From the IMG/VR virus record IMGVR_UViG_3300035208_004396: 64,000 nt of DNA; one strand, given 5' to 3'. Origin of the DNA: a virus (taxonomy: Duplodnaviria; Caudoviricetes). The translations under genes and the position numbers were made by a program. The notes beneath the pieces were generated by a model. That model worked only from the letters and a program-made list of their open reading frames with translations, did no database searches and was not told the DNA's origin. Below are positions 10,086-19,887 of this stretch, piece by piece (within the stretch, counting starts at the first letter, position 1; each line of letters starts with the position of its first letter).

Positions 10086-10679
10086 ATGATTGTATTAAAA
10101 GAATATAAAATGGCAGAATCTACACTTTCCAATGTTAAAAATTCTATTGCTAATGTTTGTTTGAATTGGTTATCTAATTCCAAAGTAGAAAAAGAAATCA
10201 AACTTAACGGTGTTGACATGGTAAAGGATATGATCAAAAATGATGTTAATGACATAATAGGTCATGGTACTAGCAAAGTTGCTGGTTTTAAGTTCATTAA
10301 TGCTCTGGCAAATGCTAAAGGCGGATATTCTTTGATGAATACACTTAAAAGCTTCATGTTAGCTGGTGATGGTATGGGATTAGGTGAAAGCTTAGATAAT
10401 GTTTCCAAAATTGTAGAATTCTTGAAAACTCAGATCTATGGCAATTATAATAAAATAGAAAATCCCGTTGTGGCTAAAAAGAATGGCAATGGTACTATCT
10501 TGATAACATTTAAATTTCCTTATAAAGCTACTAAACTCGATATTATCGATATAGAAAAAGAAATACGTGATAATTCTGAAATGATAGGCCACTATCTAGA
10601 AGTAGCTGATTTTGATATCAATTCTACTATTACAGATGAAAACACAGTAGAAGTACTAATAACTCCTAGTGATCTATAA
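10086..10679 (+). CDS. Hypothetical protein, possible internal head protein
   Basis: 197 aa; LKE/AES/LGES motifs; own AATATATA motif and terminator. Confidence 0.5.
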   Translation: MIVLKEYKMAESTLSNVKNSIANVCLNWLSNSKVEKEIKLNGVDMVKDMIKNDVNDIIGHGTSKVAGFKFINALANAKGGYSLMNTLKSFMLAGDGMGLGESLDNVSKIVEFLKTQIYGNYNKIENPVVAKKNGNGTILITFKFPYKATKLDIIDIEKEIRDNSEMIGHYLEVADFDINSTITDENTVEVLITPSDL

Positions 10680-10684
10680 TCATA

Positions 10685-10711
10685 AAAAGAGCTCTAACAG
10701 AGCTCTTTTTT
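10685..10711. terminator. Bidirectional Rho-independent terminator
   Basis: AAAAAGAGCTCT-AAC-AGAGCTCTTTTT between convergent genes. Confidence 0.75.
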
Positions 10712-10774
10712 ATTATATTAGATATACCAATATTGAAGAAATATACGATAACTTTAATATTTTACAGATTATTT

Positions 10775-10937
10775 TCATTTAGATTCATATATGGCATTTT
10801 CAATAATGCTAATCAAATTCAATTTTGAAGATTTGTCAATATTGCCTTCTAGATCAACAAAACCACCAAGATCTAGTAGAATTCTGTCGGCAATATAATC
10901 TATAATCAACTAGGCAAAGTTTTATTTTCTTAGTCAT
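10775..10937 (-). pseudogene. Frameshifted paralogue of the small ~57-aa family
   Basis: Removing one T near 10904 gives MTKKIKLCLVDIDYIADRILLDLGGFVDLEGNIDKSSKLNLISIIENAIYESK, which aligns with 11335-11508. Confidence 0.6.
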
Positions 10938-11109
10938 ATTGTGACCTATCCGAATTAATATCATCAATTATATTATCTATGGTATTTCTTAGACCAGTAT
11001 TTTCCCAAGCATCCAAGTTACCATATCTATCCATGAAATCACCGAGATCTTCGATAATTCTATCTACTAAATAATCTTTTTCATCAGAAGTAAGTTCTAT
11101 TTTCGACAT
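10930..11109 (-). CDS. Small acidic protein (59 aa), paralogue family member
   Basis: MSKIELTSDEKDYLVDRIIEDLGDFMDRYGNLD...; GAGG RBS; not in ORF track. Confidence 0.7.
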   Translation of the reverse strand: MSKIELTSDEKDYLVDRIIEDLGDFMDRYGNLDAWENTGLRNTIDNIIDDINSDRSQYD

Positions 11110-11139
11110 AATTAAACCTCATTTATATTTATAACCAAT

Positions 11140-11331
11140 TTAATAATTTTTAATTGATTTAAGCAATTCGTGATAATGATCTGTTATATTCAGTAATGTT
11201 GTGTATGATCCGGCGAGTTTACCACTATTATAAGGTTTAGATTCATCATCATTATTCATCTTATTAGTGATATCTGTCAAATAATCATCCAGCATAACAC
11301 CGAAGTTATTAAGTTTTTCTTGAATAGTCAT
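11140..11331 (-). CDS. Hypothetical protein
   Basis: 63-aa ORF in a run of small minus-strand genes. Confidence 0.55.
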   Translation of the reverse strand: MTIQEKLNNFGVMLDDYLTDITNKMNNDDESKPYNSGKLAGSYTTLLNITDHYHELLKSIKNY

Positions 11332-11334
11332 ATG

Positions 11335-11508
11335 TTAAGTCCTATCTTGATTTAGATCATCAATTGCATTTTCAATAATGCCCATCAAACCAGGTTTAGA
11401 ATATTCATCAGTATTGCCATCTCGATCTACAAAATCCCCCAACTCTTCGAGAATTCTGTTAGAAATGTAAGCCATATCAGCTTGGCAAAGTTCTATTTTA
11501 TTAGTCAT
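11335..11508 (-). CDS. Small acidic protein (57 aa), paralogue family member
   Basis: MTNKIELCQADMAYISNRILEELGDFVDRDGNTDEYSKPGLMGIIENAIDDLNQDRT; AGG RBS. Confidence 0.7.
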   Translation of the reverse strand: MTNKIELCQADMAYISNRILEELGDFVDRDGNTDEYSKPGLMGIIENAIDDLNQDRT

Positions 11509-11608
11509 ATGTTAACCTATTTTTTATTAATATACGAATATATTATAAGTTTCGTAATATTTTTCTATAAAAAGGTGTAAACTTTTAGTTAATGCCGGAT
11601 AATTGTTT

Positions 11609-11926
11609 TTATTCAGTAGTATATACACCTTTAAGTACAATTTTATCATTATAAAATACATCTAACTCATTAGAATAATAGCCATTTTGTTCGGAATAAC
11701 ATGGAACAAAGATCATGAAATTACCAAAACCAAAACGAAAACCATAATTGTCGCACATCTCGAAATTCAAAGACTCTGGAAAATCAATATCTTTAATTTC
11801 ATCCGAAATCTGATTAAAATCGGCATAATTATAGACCATATTTACTTGGTCATTATCATCACTAGCGGAAATTATGTAACCGTTATCAAATTCGAGGTAG
11901 TTATCATCTATCTTCTTAACATGCAT
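11609..11926 (-). CDS. Hypothetical phage protein
   Basis: 105 aa; YADF, GFRFG, FVPCYSEQNGYYS look like conserved motifs; GAGG RBS. Confidence 0.65.
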   Translation of the reverse strand: MHVKKIDDNYLEFDNGYIISASDDNDQVNMVYNYADFNQISDEIKDIDFPESLNFEMCDNYGFRFGFGNFMIFVPCYSEQNGYYSNELDVFYNDKIVLKGVYTTE

Positions 11927-11942
11927 AAGTTAACCTCTATAT

Positions 11943-12233
11943 TTAGTCTTCCATATCAGTGGGTTCATTTTTTACTCCAAGATCAGAAATAACACACCAA
12001 GAAAATATAGATACCGGATATTTTTCTCCTGTATCAAGGCAAAGATGAAGTCGTACCATATAATCATAATCATTGGCTTCTTCATAGATAAACACAGTTT
12101 TATCACCGAAATCTATACTATAATCATAGTTTTGTTCATTCAAAATTTCGTAGTAATTGTGATTGTAACAAGAAATATCTTTTCGGTATTTCAGTTTTAG
12201 ATTCACATCTTTAGTAAATTGAAGATTGGCCAT
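11943..12233 (-). CDS. Hypothetical protein
   Basis: 96-aa ORF with AGG RBS. Confidence 0.55.
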   Translation of the reverse strand: MANLQFTKDVNLKLKYRKDISCYNHNYYEILNEQNYDYSIDFGDKTVFIYEEANDYDYMVRLHLCLDTGEKYPVSIFSWCVISDLGVKNEPTDMED

Positions 12234-12319
12234 GATTAACCTATTAGTTTATCCTAAATATAAGAAATTTAGCAAACCGCAACGTATTGTTTAATCTGTA
12301 TTGTAGTTCATAAGATTGT

Positions 12320-12523
12320 CTATTGTGCTTCACCTTGTCTGTATAACTTGTCAAGAAGTTCATTGACAGGGCCCGTCAATTCTTCATCGATGAACTCTGC
12401 ACCGCATTTCGTACAACGGAAGACCGGCATTTCTTTGATTTCAAGAGTTTTGCCTTTATATTCATAGGTATCTTTTACCAAGACTCTCTTTACTTCCGCA
12501 TTGCAAATTGCACACTTTTTCAT
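12320..12523 (-). CDS. YgiT/MqsA-type zinc-finger protein
   Basis: MKKCAIC...YEYKG.TLEIKEMP..RCTKCGAEF; likely start at 12523 rather than 12604. Confidence 0.8.
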   Translation of the reverse strand: MKKCAICNAEVKRVLVKDTYEYKGKTLEIKEMPVFRCTKCGAEFIDEELTGPVNELLDKLYRQGEAQ

Positions 12524-12569
12524 AATGATTCTGACTTTTGCTATTGTTCTTTGAATGAAATGATGTCGG

Positions 12570-12833
12570 TTACTTAATGATATCCTTCCAATTTTCAACT
12601 TCAATTAAAGTTTTACCATCTGCTGGGCTTAACCACATAGATCCATTTCGAATACTAATTGGGCCAATAGGTAAATCTGAATTACCTGTTTTAAGATTAC
12701 TCCTAGTAATTCGCCTGATAGTTCTATTATATTTACGTTTCCAGTTCTTCATAGTCCCAGATTTAACCGAACAACACCACCTAACTATCAAATTAGACGA
12801 GCGCTTCAAATATTTTCGATATGAATGGGACAT
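12570..12833 (-). CDS. Small basic phage protein (MSxSYRK type)
   Basis: 87 aa, K/R-rich, WKRKYNR.IRR and DGK motifs; AGGTAG RBS. Confidence 0.65.
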   Translation of the reverse strand: MSHSYRKYLKRSSNLIVRWCCSVKSGTMKNWKRKYNRTIRRITRSNLKTGNSDLPIGPISIRNGSMWLSPADGKTLIEVENWKDIIK

Positions 12834-12931
12834 ATTAGTAAACTACCTATTAGTTAAAGACCAATGAAATTTCTCTCGTCAATACCGTTAAAATAGTAAA
12901 ATATACACAATTACTCAACTAAAATTAGAAT

Positions 12932-13717
12932 TTATCCGATATAAAATTCACAGAACGTACTCTCTTGATCGATTCGTTCTACTGCTGCATCATAACGTTC
13001 CTTAAATGAACTATACATAGAATCAGCATTCAAAGTTCCACCACCAGTCAAACTAATGTTGTACTTACGAAGAGCATTTGACCATATCATTCCGCATTTC
13101 GTGATGACCATTTCCCTGAATAATGGATCATTGAAGATTTTAGTAGTTTTTTGTTTTTTGAAAACTCTCATAAGGCCAGTTACAGGAGCAGTTGGTGTAG
13201 GATAAATTACTAATTCTTTTTCAAGTTTGTTGTATTTTACACGATACGATTCACCGAATGTAAGGTTTAGTTCTTTAAGCCATATCAAGCTAGAATTCCA
13301 GTTCCCAAGTATATCGCCATAACCAGCTCTTGTTCCCCAGCAAGTTCCTGAATAAGTGTAAGTATTAGCAACATTTCCCAATGCAAGTGAATTAGAAACG
13401 AAAAGATCATTTAAGTTACCAAGCATACCGCCAAGTTCGAAATCAACTATAGATTCTAGATCATCGCAGATTTTATAATGAGTCATACCAGGAACTAATT
13501 GGAAAGCCATATAATCATCTATAGAGCCTATATCGAGATAGTATTTTTGAACCCATCTGACACAATCCAATATGACAGCATTCATTTGATCTTCTGATAA
13601 TTCTATACAGATCACCGGACTGCCTAAATTGAGTAAAATCCAGTACCTCATTTCAGCCATGCTTGATATATCACCAGCATTTATCAGAGGATCTTTATTT
13701 TTACAATAATCGCTCAT
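12932..13717 (-). CDS. gp13: Neck protein, T4 gp13-like
   Basis: WILLNLGSPVICIELSEDQ, W..ALRKY...LTGG.TLNA, C-terminal FYIG. Confidence 0.9.
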   Translation of the reverse strand: MSDYCKNKDPLINAGDISSMAEMRYWILLNLGSPVICIELSEDQMNAVILDCVRWVQKYYLDIGSIDDYMAFQLVPGMTHYKICDDLESIVDFELGGMLGNLNDLFVSNSLALGNVANTYTYSGTCWGTRAGYGDILGNWNSSLIWLKELNLTFGESYRVKYNKLEKELVIYPTPTAPVTGLMRVFKKQKTTKIFNDPLFREMVITKCGMIWSNALRKYNISLTGGGTLNADSMYSSFKERYDAAVERIDQESTFCEFYIG

Positions 13718-13768
13718 ATTTGTATATATTATAACTCTGATATATAGTTTTATATAGGGTTTATAAAT

Positions 13769-14371
13769 ATGGCCGAAACTAATAATTTAAATCTGTTTAC
13801 ATCTAATCTGGTGAATTTGCCAGATCCTGTTAAAGCACATGAATTCCAATGTATTTTTGAAACTACAACAGATAGTCCATTGTATAAATTGTTCGGTAAT
13901 AGTGACGATTTAACTATTAGAGCTAGAAAAGTTTCAGTACCACAGAAAGATTTCGGCGAACTATCAACTGAATATCTCGGAATGAAGAGAGTTTTTCCAG
14001 GAAAAGCTGTTGTAAATGGTACAACAGGTATTACTTTCGATGAATTTCAAGACTTATTCATTACAAAAACTATGCATTTATGGCAATCTTATATATTCAA
14101 CAATGGTATTTATAAGGATATTGGGATTAATAATGCTAACATAGGAGCTGCTTCGAGCAACTATTTAAGAGATTATTCATGTACACTTAAAATATACATG
14201 TATGATTCAGCTCTTTCAAAATTGTTACCATATTATTACTTACTTACCGAAGTTTATCCTAAAACAGATGCTGGTTTCGAATTAAACTATGAAACAGATG
14301 GTAAAATTCAAAAAGAAATCACATTTAACTATAATAACTTTGAAGTAGTAGATTCAACAACGATTTCATAA
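13769..14371 (+). CDS. gp19: Tail tube protein, T4 gp19-like
   Basis: RARKVSVP, YLG..R.FPG, ITFDE, VYP...FELNYE, ITFNY; upstream TATAAATA; terminator downstream. Confidence 0.85.
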   Translation: MAETNNLNLFTSNLVNLPDPVKAHEFQCIFETTTDSPLYKLFGNSDDLTIRARKVSVPQKDFGELSTEYLGMKRVFPGKAVVNGTTGITFDEFQDLFITKTMHLWQSYIFNNGIYKDIGINNANIGAASSNYLRDYSCTLKIYMYDSALSKLLPYYYLLTEVYPKTDAGFELNYETDGKIQKEITFNYNNFEVVDSTTIS

Positions 14372-14399
14372 AAAATGGCTCCTAAAAGGAGCCTTTTTT
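14372..14399. terminator. Bidirectional Rho-independent terminator
   Basis: GGCTCCT-AAA-AGGAGCC flanked by A and T runs. Confidence 0.75.
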
Positions 14400-14962
14400 C
14401 ACATAATGAAATCTTCCATTGGCCAATCTTTCTTTTTACACTTGCAATTATATTCAGAGTTAGAACTTTTCTTACCATCGGGACAGATAGTTTTCCGATA
14501 AAAATGGAATTCGTTTGGATTTACTTCATAAGTTTTACACAATTTGTTTTGTTCATAAAACTTCATAACTTGATGATCAGTCTTGACATTATATGTCCAA
14601 ACTACCTTATAAGATTGATCGGGAAAATAATAAACTATTACATTTTTCTTATTATAATAACTAACACGCCAATAATCGGTATAGTCAAAAGATACACTAT
14701 CTTTTACTTCAACTCCTTGTTCAATAAAATCATAATATTCTTCTTTATTATCTTTATAATATAATACACCATCATAAAATTCATCATTTTTGGTATAATA
14801 TCTGCGAATTTGATCCTCTTCACCGGGATTAGTAGTCTTTATATAGAAATTAGTATCTGTCCAATTACTATCGGGGTATTCGAACAATACGTGATCTACT
14901 ACTTTAGAGGAGAACATACTTGCATTAGCAATACAAGCAAAGAAAAGAAGAATTTTAATCAT
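14399..14962 (-). CDS. Hypothetical exported protein
   Basis: N-terminal signal peptide-like MIKILLFFACIANA; Tyr-rich. Confidence 0.55.
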   Translation of the reverse strand: MIKILLFFACIANASMFSSKVVDHVLFEYPDSNWTDTNFYIKTTNPGEEDQIRRYYTKNDEFYDGVLYYKDNKEEYYDFIEQGVEVKDSVSFDYTDYWRVSYYNKKNVIVYYFPDQSYKVVWTYNVKTDHQVMKFYEQNKLCKTYEVNPNEFHFYRKTICPDGKKSSNSEYNCKCKKKDWPMEDFIM

Positions 14963-14965
14963 TTT

Positions 14966-15817
14966 TTATCCTTTGAAATTAATGAATTCATTCGAAGTCA
15001 TAATCTTGATACCGAGCTTTTCAGCCTTAACATTCTTACTAGAACCAGAATCAGTATCATCGGTAACTAAGTAAGAAAGTCCTTTTTTAACAGAACTAAT
15101 AATTCCACCATTGTCTGTTACCATTTTTTCAAGTTCCGATCTGGGTTTGCAAGCTTTACCTGTGAAACAGAACGAATAACCATCTAGAAAACCAGATTTA
15201 TTTTTCGGAATTTCAAACTTAAAATAATAAAAACATCTACTCATATCATCTATTTTGTCATAGATCTCTTTATAAAGATCCATTTTCACAGAATCAGATT
15301 TAATCGTGGGAATATCCATTTTAATGAAATCTTCTGGCTTAATACGACGAAATACTGTGAGATTATAGATTGGATGAATATAAAAATCTTTAAAAATAGG
15401 CGTATTTTCTAGATATTTTAACTTTTTCTCACCAAAACCATCTAGATCGAAAAGACTTAGAAAAAGTCCCAATGTGATTGGTGTTTCTAACTTTTTATGA
15501 AGATTCTCATATATTTTATTACCATTTATGCCATTAGCAACAGAATAGAAATACTTTTTGTCAGCAATCAATATATCAGCAATTGTAAAGCTATGTTTAG
15601 TTAAATTATTGCATATTGATTCACCTGCTCCATCAATTTTTAGCAATTCGAAGAAATTACGGAATTTATGAGATATTTTAGCAGGACAATCTGGATTAAT
15701 GCAAATAATAGTTCCATTATCCTGAATTTTGAGTTCTTTACCACAAACTGGACAATTTTCCGGGATATTTAGAATGTGATTTTTCAAATAGTCCGAAAAA
15801 ATTGAATTATCTATCAT
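14966..15817 (-). CDS. ligA: NAD-dependent DNA ligase, C-terminal piece (Zn finger, HhH, BRCT)
   Basis: CPVCG...CINPDC Zn finger, IDGAG and LDGFG HhH motifs, BRCT FCFTG...GG..SSVKK..YLV..GSSK..KAEKLG. Confidence 0.9.
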   Translation of the reverse strand: MIDNSIFSDYLKNHILNIPENCPVCGKELKIQDNGTIICINPDCPAKISHKFRNFFELLKIDGAGESICNNLTKHSFTIADILIADKKYFYSVANGINGNKIYENLHKKLETPITLGLFLSLFDLDGFGEKKLKYLENTPIFKDFYIHPIYNLTVFRRIKPEDFIKMDIPTIKSDSVKMDLYKEIYDKIDDMSRCFYYFKFEIPKNKSGFLDGYSFCFTGKACKPRSELEKMVTDNGGIISSVKKGLSYLVTDDTDSGSSKNVKAEKLGIKIMTSNEFINFKG

Positions 15818-15838
15818 ATAGTTCCTTTATTATTTCAA

Positions 15839-15867
15839 AATATAGGAAAACTAATTGTTAATCTCAA
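15839..15867 (-). promoter_or_regulatory. Sigma70-like promoter TTGAGA-N17-TATATT upstream of ligase C-piece
   Basis: Minus strand TTGAGATTAACAATTAGTTTTCCTATATT. Confidence 0.65.
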
Positions 15868-15875
15868 TACAAAAA

Positions 15876-16697
15876 TCAAGAAATATCTAACATTCCGCCA
15901 CTGGGACTAAATGTAAATTCACAAAGATAGGGTTTATCTATAAAAAAGTAGTCCATTCTTACAAAATCAAATACTTTTCCATAAGAATCTGAAGTTTTTC
16001 TTATTTCGGAAAGTGATTTTAGCATCATAGAATTTAGATCATCTATAATTGGTTCACCACCTATAATATGTTTACTCTTTTTGCCATTTTCATCTACACA
16101 GGCTAAAATAGATACTATAGATTTGTTTATTTTCCGAGATATTTCGATAACTTCTAATTTACCATTAAGATAATATAATTGCCAATCTAGAGGTTTATCT
16201 ATTAACAAGGGTTGAATTAGTACACCAGGTTTTATAGTTTCATATTGTTGTTCATAAACTGGAGAAATATAAGCATAATTTAGATTTAACCAATTATCAA
16301 TTTTGTTTTTCACAAATGTCGGATCATAGTCATTAGTTATTATGATATTCCAACCTGAACCATGATTACATTTAACTATCAAAGGTTTAGTTAAATCGGC
16401 TAATATTTCTACATCAAACGACTTAGTATATTTGGAATATAGCTTGGGTATTAAAATACTGTTTGGTACACGAGAATAAACACCTATTTTATCTGCAAAT
16501 TCGGATTTAATCGGATCTGGATTATCAAACATATCTTTTAAGATATAATCTCTTAAATTTTCAGGTTTTTCAATATTTACTGAATAAGGCAAATGTTTCA
16601 GAGATAATGTTTTTCTATCATTGCTGAAACGCATAGAGTTATATGAACTCTGATGTAAACCTTTAAGCCATTCAGTTTTATATTCTTCTTCAGTCAT
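15876..16697 (-). CDS. TupA-like ATP-grasp protein
   Basis: ADK..V, VKCNHGSGWNII, E.QY..IKP, FDFVRMD, EFTFSP.GG. Confidence 0.85.
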   Translation of the reverse strand: MTEEEYKTEWLKGLHQSSYNSMRFSNDRKTLSLKHLPYSVNIEKPENLRDYILKDMFDNPDPIKSEFADKIGVYSRVPNSILIPKLYSKYTKSFDVEILADLTKPLIVKCNHGSGWNIIITNDYDPTFVKNKIDNWLNLNYAYISPVYEQQYETIKPGVLIQPLLIDKPLDWQLYYLNGKLEVIEISRKINKSIVSILACVDENGKKSKHIIGGEPIIDDLNSMMLKSLSEIRKTSDSYGKVFDFVRMDYFFIDKPYLCEFTFSPSGGMLDIS

Positions 16698-17379
16698 GGA
16701 ATTTAGTATACTTCGTTATAGGCCAAAAATCGATCTTTTCAGACCATTTTTTAACCAAGTAATCACGTTCACTTAAATAATTATACATATTTTCACTTTC
16801 TTCTCTTCGACCAAGAACAGTAGAAATATCTATAATATCCAGATCGTAATGTTTAGATAACAATTGTAAACACATATCAGTTTCAGCAAAATGATAATCA
16901 TTCAAATTATCATCGAATATCAGATTTTCTATTGCTTTTCGATTAAAAAATAGACAATTTCCAGCTAGTGTAGCCATTTTAGAATGATCTCCAGCCCAAT
17001 ATAATAATCTACCAATTCGATCAGATTTAACTTCACCTTTGTCATCTAATTCGAGTTGTTTAGTTTGGCCCGCTCCAAATAGCTCTATACCAGTAATAAA
17101 TTCTCCATTTTGAGCTAAAATACTATTACCTATGATACCAGCACAACCTAAATTAGAATGACGCTTCAGCTTAAACTCGATAACATCTTCACTAGTTTCA
17201 ATCTTGATATTATCATGTTTCAAACAAAACCAATCAGATTTAACCAAAGATAAAGCATAATTATATTTTTTGGCTATATTCAAACTAATTTGTTTCTTAC
17301 CAAAAACTAACGAATCTGTTAAATATATACCATTTTCACGATTAGCTGGCAAATCGTGACACAAGATAAAAGTTTGCAT
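16690..17379 (-). CDS. Glycosyltransferase family 2-like protein (divergent)
   Basis: IAKKYN.A, KHDN, GCAGIIG, FDD...YHF.ETDMCL, KKW pattern. Confidence 0.7.
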   Translation of the reverse strand: MQTFILCHDLPANRENGIYLTDSLVFGKKQISLNIAKKYNYALSLVKSDWFCLKHDNIKIETSEDVIEFKLKRHSNLGCAGIIGNSILAQNGEFITGIELFGAGQTKQLELDDKGEVKSDRIGRLLYWAGDHSKMATLAGNCLFFNRKAIENLIFDDNLNDYHFAETDMCLQLLSKHYDLDIIDISTVLGRREESENMYNYLSERDYLVKKWSEKIDFWPITKYTKFHD

Positions 17380-17398
17380 AATACAAATATAAGATAAT

Positions 17399-18349
17399 CT
17401 AGTGAGTCATTTTCGATATGAATTGGTCTTGTGTAAGTATTCTATCACAAGAAACTTCTAAATCTAATGTTGTATAACTCGAATAATATTGATCTACTAT
17501 TTTAAACTCTTCGTTACTATGTTGAATCTTCCATTTCTTAATTACAACTACGAAAGGTAATTTGAATACCCCCATCATGATATACATGTACCATAAATAA
17601 GAACCGGCAAATGATTTATCGAAATTGTTTTGTGCTACTCTTTCATTATCATTGCCACCTAATGTCCCCGTATCTTTAACTGTTTCGTTATATAATGTCT
17701 TTCCTGATGCAGCTAAAGAATCAAAAAATCCGCCCTTGTTATCTTTGAACGTTTTCATAGTATTAAATAAGACATGAGATATATCTATTACGCTCTTATT
17801 CATACTTTCCACTTTAGATCCAAGATCTCTCCCGATACTATATTCAGAACCATGTGTCAATCCGCCATAATTAGCTAAAACTTTTTGTAAATCATAACCC
17901 GAACTGAAATAATCTAGTGAACCAGCACGACCTACTATTTTTCCATTGGTGTTCATTTTATTGGGTATAACCAAGTTCAAACTGAAATTTAGATGATTAT
18001 TACCATTATATACGCTTCCCGTTGCACTATCTAGTTTATATTTGGGTTCTGGCAATGAACCAGTACCAAATTGTACGGATTGTACCATATCACTATTCAT
18101 AAGACTATCTAGTTTCGAAATGATGAAATTTACTATCAGATTTTCATTTTTAGCATCTTCCCAGTTAGCACTATCTGAAACAGCTGGTAGTTTAGTTAAA
18201 ATACCATTTACAGTTACAACACCATTAGTCAATATTATATAATTGTTACCAAAAATCTGCAACATACTTCGGTTAAAAGTATAAACCGACATATTGTTTT
18301 GATTACTTAATTTTTTAATTTCATCAGCAGTAAGTTGCATCTTATTCAT
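17399..18349 (-). CDS. Hypothetical protein, probably baseplate/tail
   Basis: 316-aa ORF with GATATATA motif at its 5' end; weak resemblance to baseplate-tube initiator proteins. Confidence 0.45.
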   Translation of the reverse strand: MNKMQLTADEIKKLSNQNNMSVYTFNRSMLQIFGNNYIILTNGVVTVNGILTKLPAVSDSANWEDAKNENLIVNFIISKLDSLMNSDMVQSVQFGTGSLPEPKYKLDSATGSVYNGNNHLNFSLNLVIPNKMNTNGKIVGRAGSLDYFSSGYDLQKVLANYGGLTHGSEYSIGRDLGSKVESMNKSVIDISHVLFNTMKTFKDNKGGFFDSLAASGKTLYNETVKDTGTLGGNDNERVAQNNFDKSFAGSYLWYMYIMMGVFKLPFVVVIKKWKIQHSNEEFKIVDQYYSSYTTLDLEVSCDRILTQDQFISKMTH

Positions 18350-19117
18350 ATATATCTTAGAATGAATTACGAAATATATGATATAAATGACACTTCTTTA
18401 TTAGTTGGAAAGACTGATTTGTCTCAGATCGTAACAAAAATTGAATACCAAAAAGGTTTCTTTTTATGTAATCATAATGAATTATACACTAATATTTCTA
18501 ACATTGCACGAGCTAATAGCGAAGAATTCATTAAAAATGGTGAAACTCTATTCAATATGATCACCAGACATGATGAATTAGATACGGTAATATTAGCAGA
18601 AGGTGAAGATTCTAATCTAGATTCATATTTTCAAAGAGTGAATCGCGATGAAGTAATGAAATTCGATAGTTATTCGTCATATTTAAGAGAAGAAATTTAT
18701 CAAATTAAGATTAAATTATGGACTGAAGTGTTATATTCTTCATTCAACTTGAATAACTGGTACCGAACATATAACATGACTATGCCTGAATATAATATCG
18801 ATCAATTTTTAGATAACATAGTGAAAACTAAAGATTTCGCATCATATTTAGATACACTAGATGAAAACATTTTGGATTTATATGGCTCTAAAATGAGAGA
18901 ATTAAGCAAAATTCTTATCAACAAATACAGATCTGAGATTATCGAACATTATAATAACATAGTATTATCTAATGAAAAAATTATATTAGTTAATCCGATT
19001 ATTTTAGACATCTATATGAGTTATTCTTATGTTCGCGAATTCAACAAAACATTTCCGAATATAAACGTAAAAGGCATAGCTAAGAAAAGCTTAAGCTTAT
19101 TAGGTATATCTCTATGA
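18335..19117 (+). CDS. Hypothetical protein (start probably ATG at 18362)
   Basis: Long ORF coupled by an ATGA overlap to the gp14-like gene. Confidence 0.6.
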   Translation: MHLIHIYLRMNYEIYDINDTSLLVGKTDLSQIVTKIEYQKGFFLCNHNELYTNISNIARANSEEFIKNGETLFNMITRHDELDTVILAEGEDSNLDSYFQRVNRDEVMKFDSYSSYLREEIYQIKIKLWTEVLYSSFNLNNWYRTYNMTMPEYNIDQFLDNIVKTKDFASYLDTLDENILDLYGSKMRELSKILINKYRSEIIEHYNNIVLSNEKIILVNPIILDIYMSYSYVREFNKTFPNINVKGIAKKSLSLLGISL

Positions 19118-19887
19118 GTTTTCAAGATGAATATAATCGATTATTCATCAATGGTTGCAAAGTATCCGGCAAAGACTGGACTAAATCGAGATATTTCGAC
19201 CCTATTAATCCATGTTATAGCGGTGAAGCAGCTTTAGTTTCATCTTTGACAAGTGAAGCTTATTCTAATTTCGGATTAAAAGTAGATTATTACATTAAAA
19301 AAATATCTACTAAACGAGATAAATTATTAGGCGAAGATCCATTAGAATCTATTGTTAGACGATTCAAATTAGATATGTGGACTGAAAATGTTCCTTCACT
19401 TCAGAAATCCTATCAATTACAAGGCATGCTATATGAGGAATATATACATATCTATTGTACAATAACTCATTTTCACGAAGCAAGCCAATATAACGAAAAT
19501 AGAACTAAAATACTATTTCCAGAATATACTCCTAAAATAGGTGATTTAATTCAATTTACTTATAATGAAATCTATTATGAAGTTATAAATGTGAAAGATT
19601 ATGGTCAAAATTCAACATTTTTAGCTGTACCAATAACTTATGAATTCATATTGAGACAATGGAAAAATGATCATTCTGATGTCGAAGATCAAAACTTACC
19701 TATCTCAGATGTAACTAACTTAGGTAAAATATTCAACTTGGATCAAGAAAAAGTGAATCCCGATGGTGATATTTTGAATGCTAACCAAACTGTAACTGAT
19801 AAAGATCAAACTGGGGATAATCATCCCGAGTTAGTAATCGAAAAAGAAAATCACGTCAATACACCAGATAACATGTTAGATTTTTGA
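19114..19887 (+). CDS. gp14: Neck/head completion protein, T4 gp14-like
   Basis: SEA...FG..V.Y, D.LLGED, PKIGDLI, YEV..V motifs. Confidence 0.85.
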   Translation: MSFQDEYNRLFINGCKVSGKDWTKSRYFDPINPCYSGEAALVSSLTSEAYSNFGLKVDYYIKKISTKRDKLLGEDPLESIVRRFKLDMWTENVPSLQKSYQLQGMLYEEYIHIYCTITHFHEASQYNENRTKILFPEYTPKIGDLIQFTYNEIYYEVINVKDYGQNSTFLAVPITYEFILRQWKNDHSDVEDQNLPISDVTNLGKIFNLDQEKVNPDGDILNANQTVTDKDQTGDNHPELVIEKENHVNTPDNMLDF

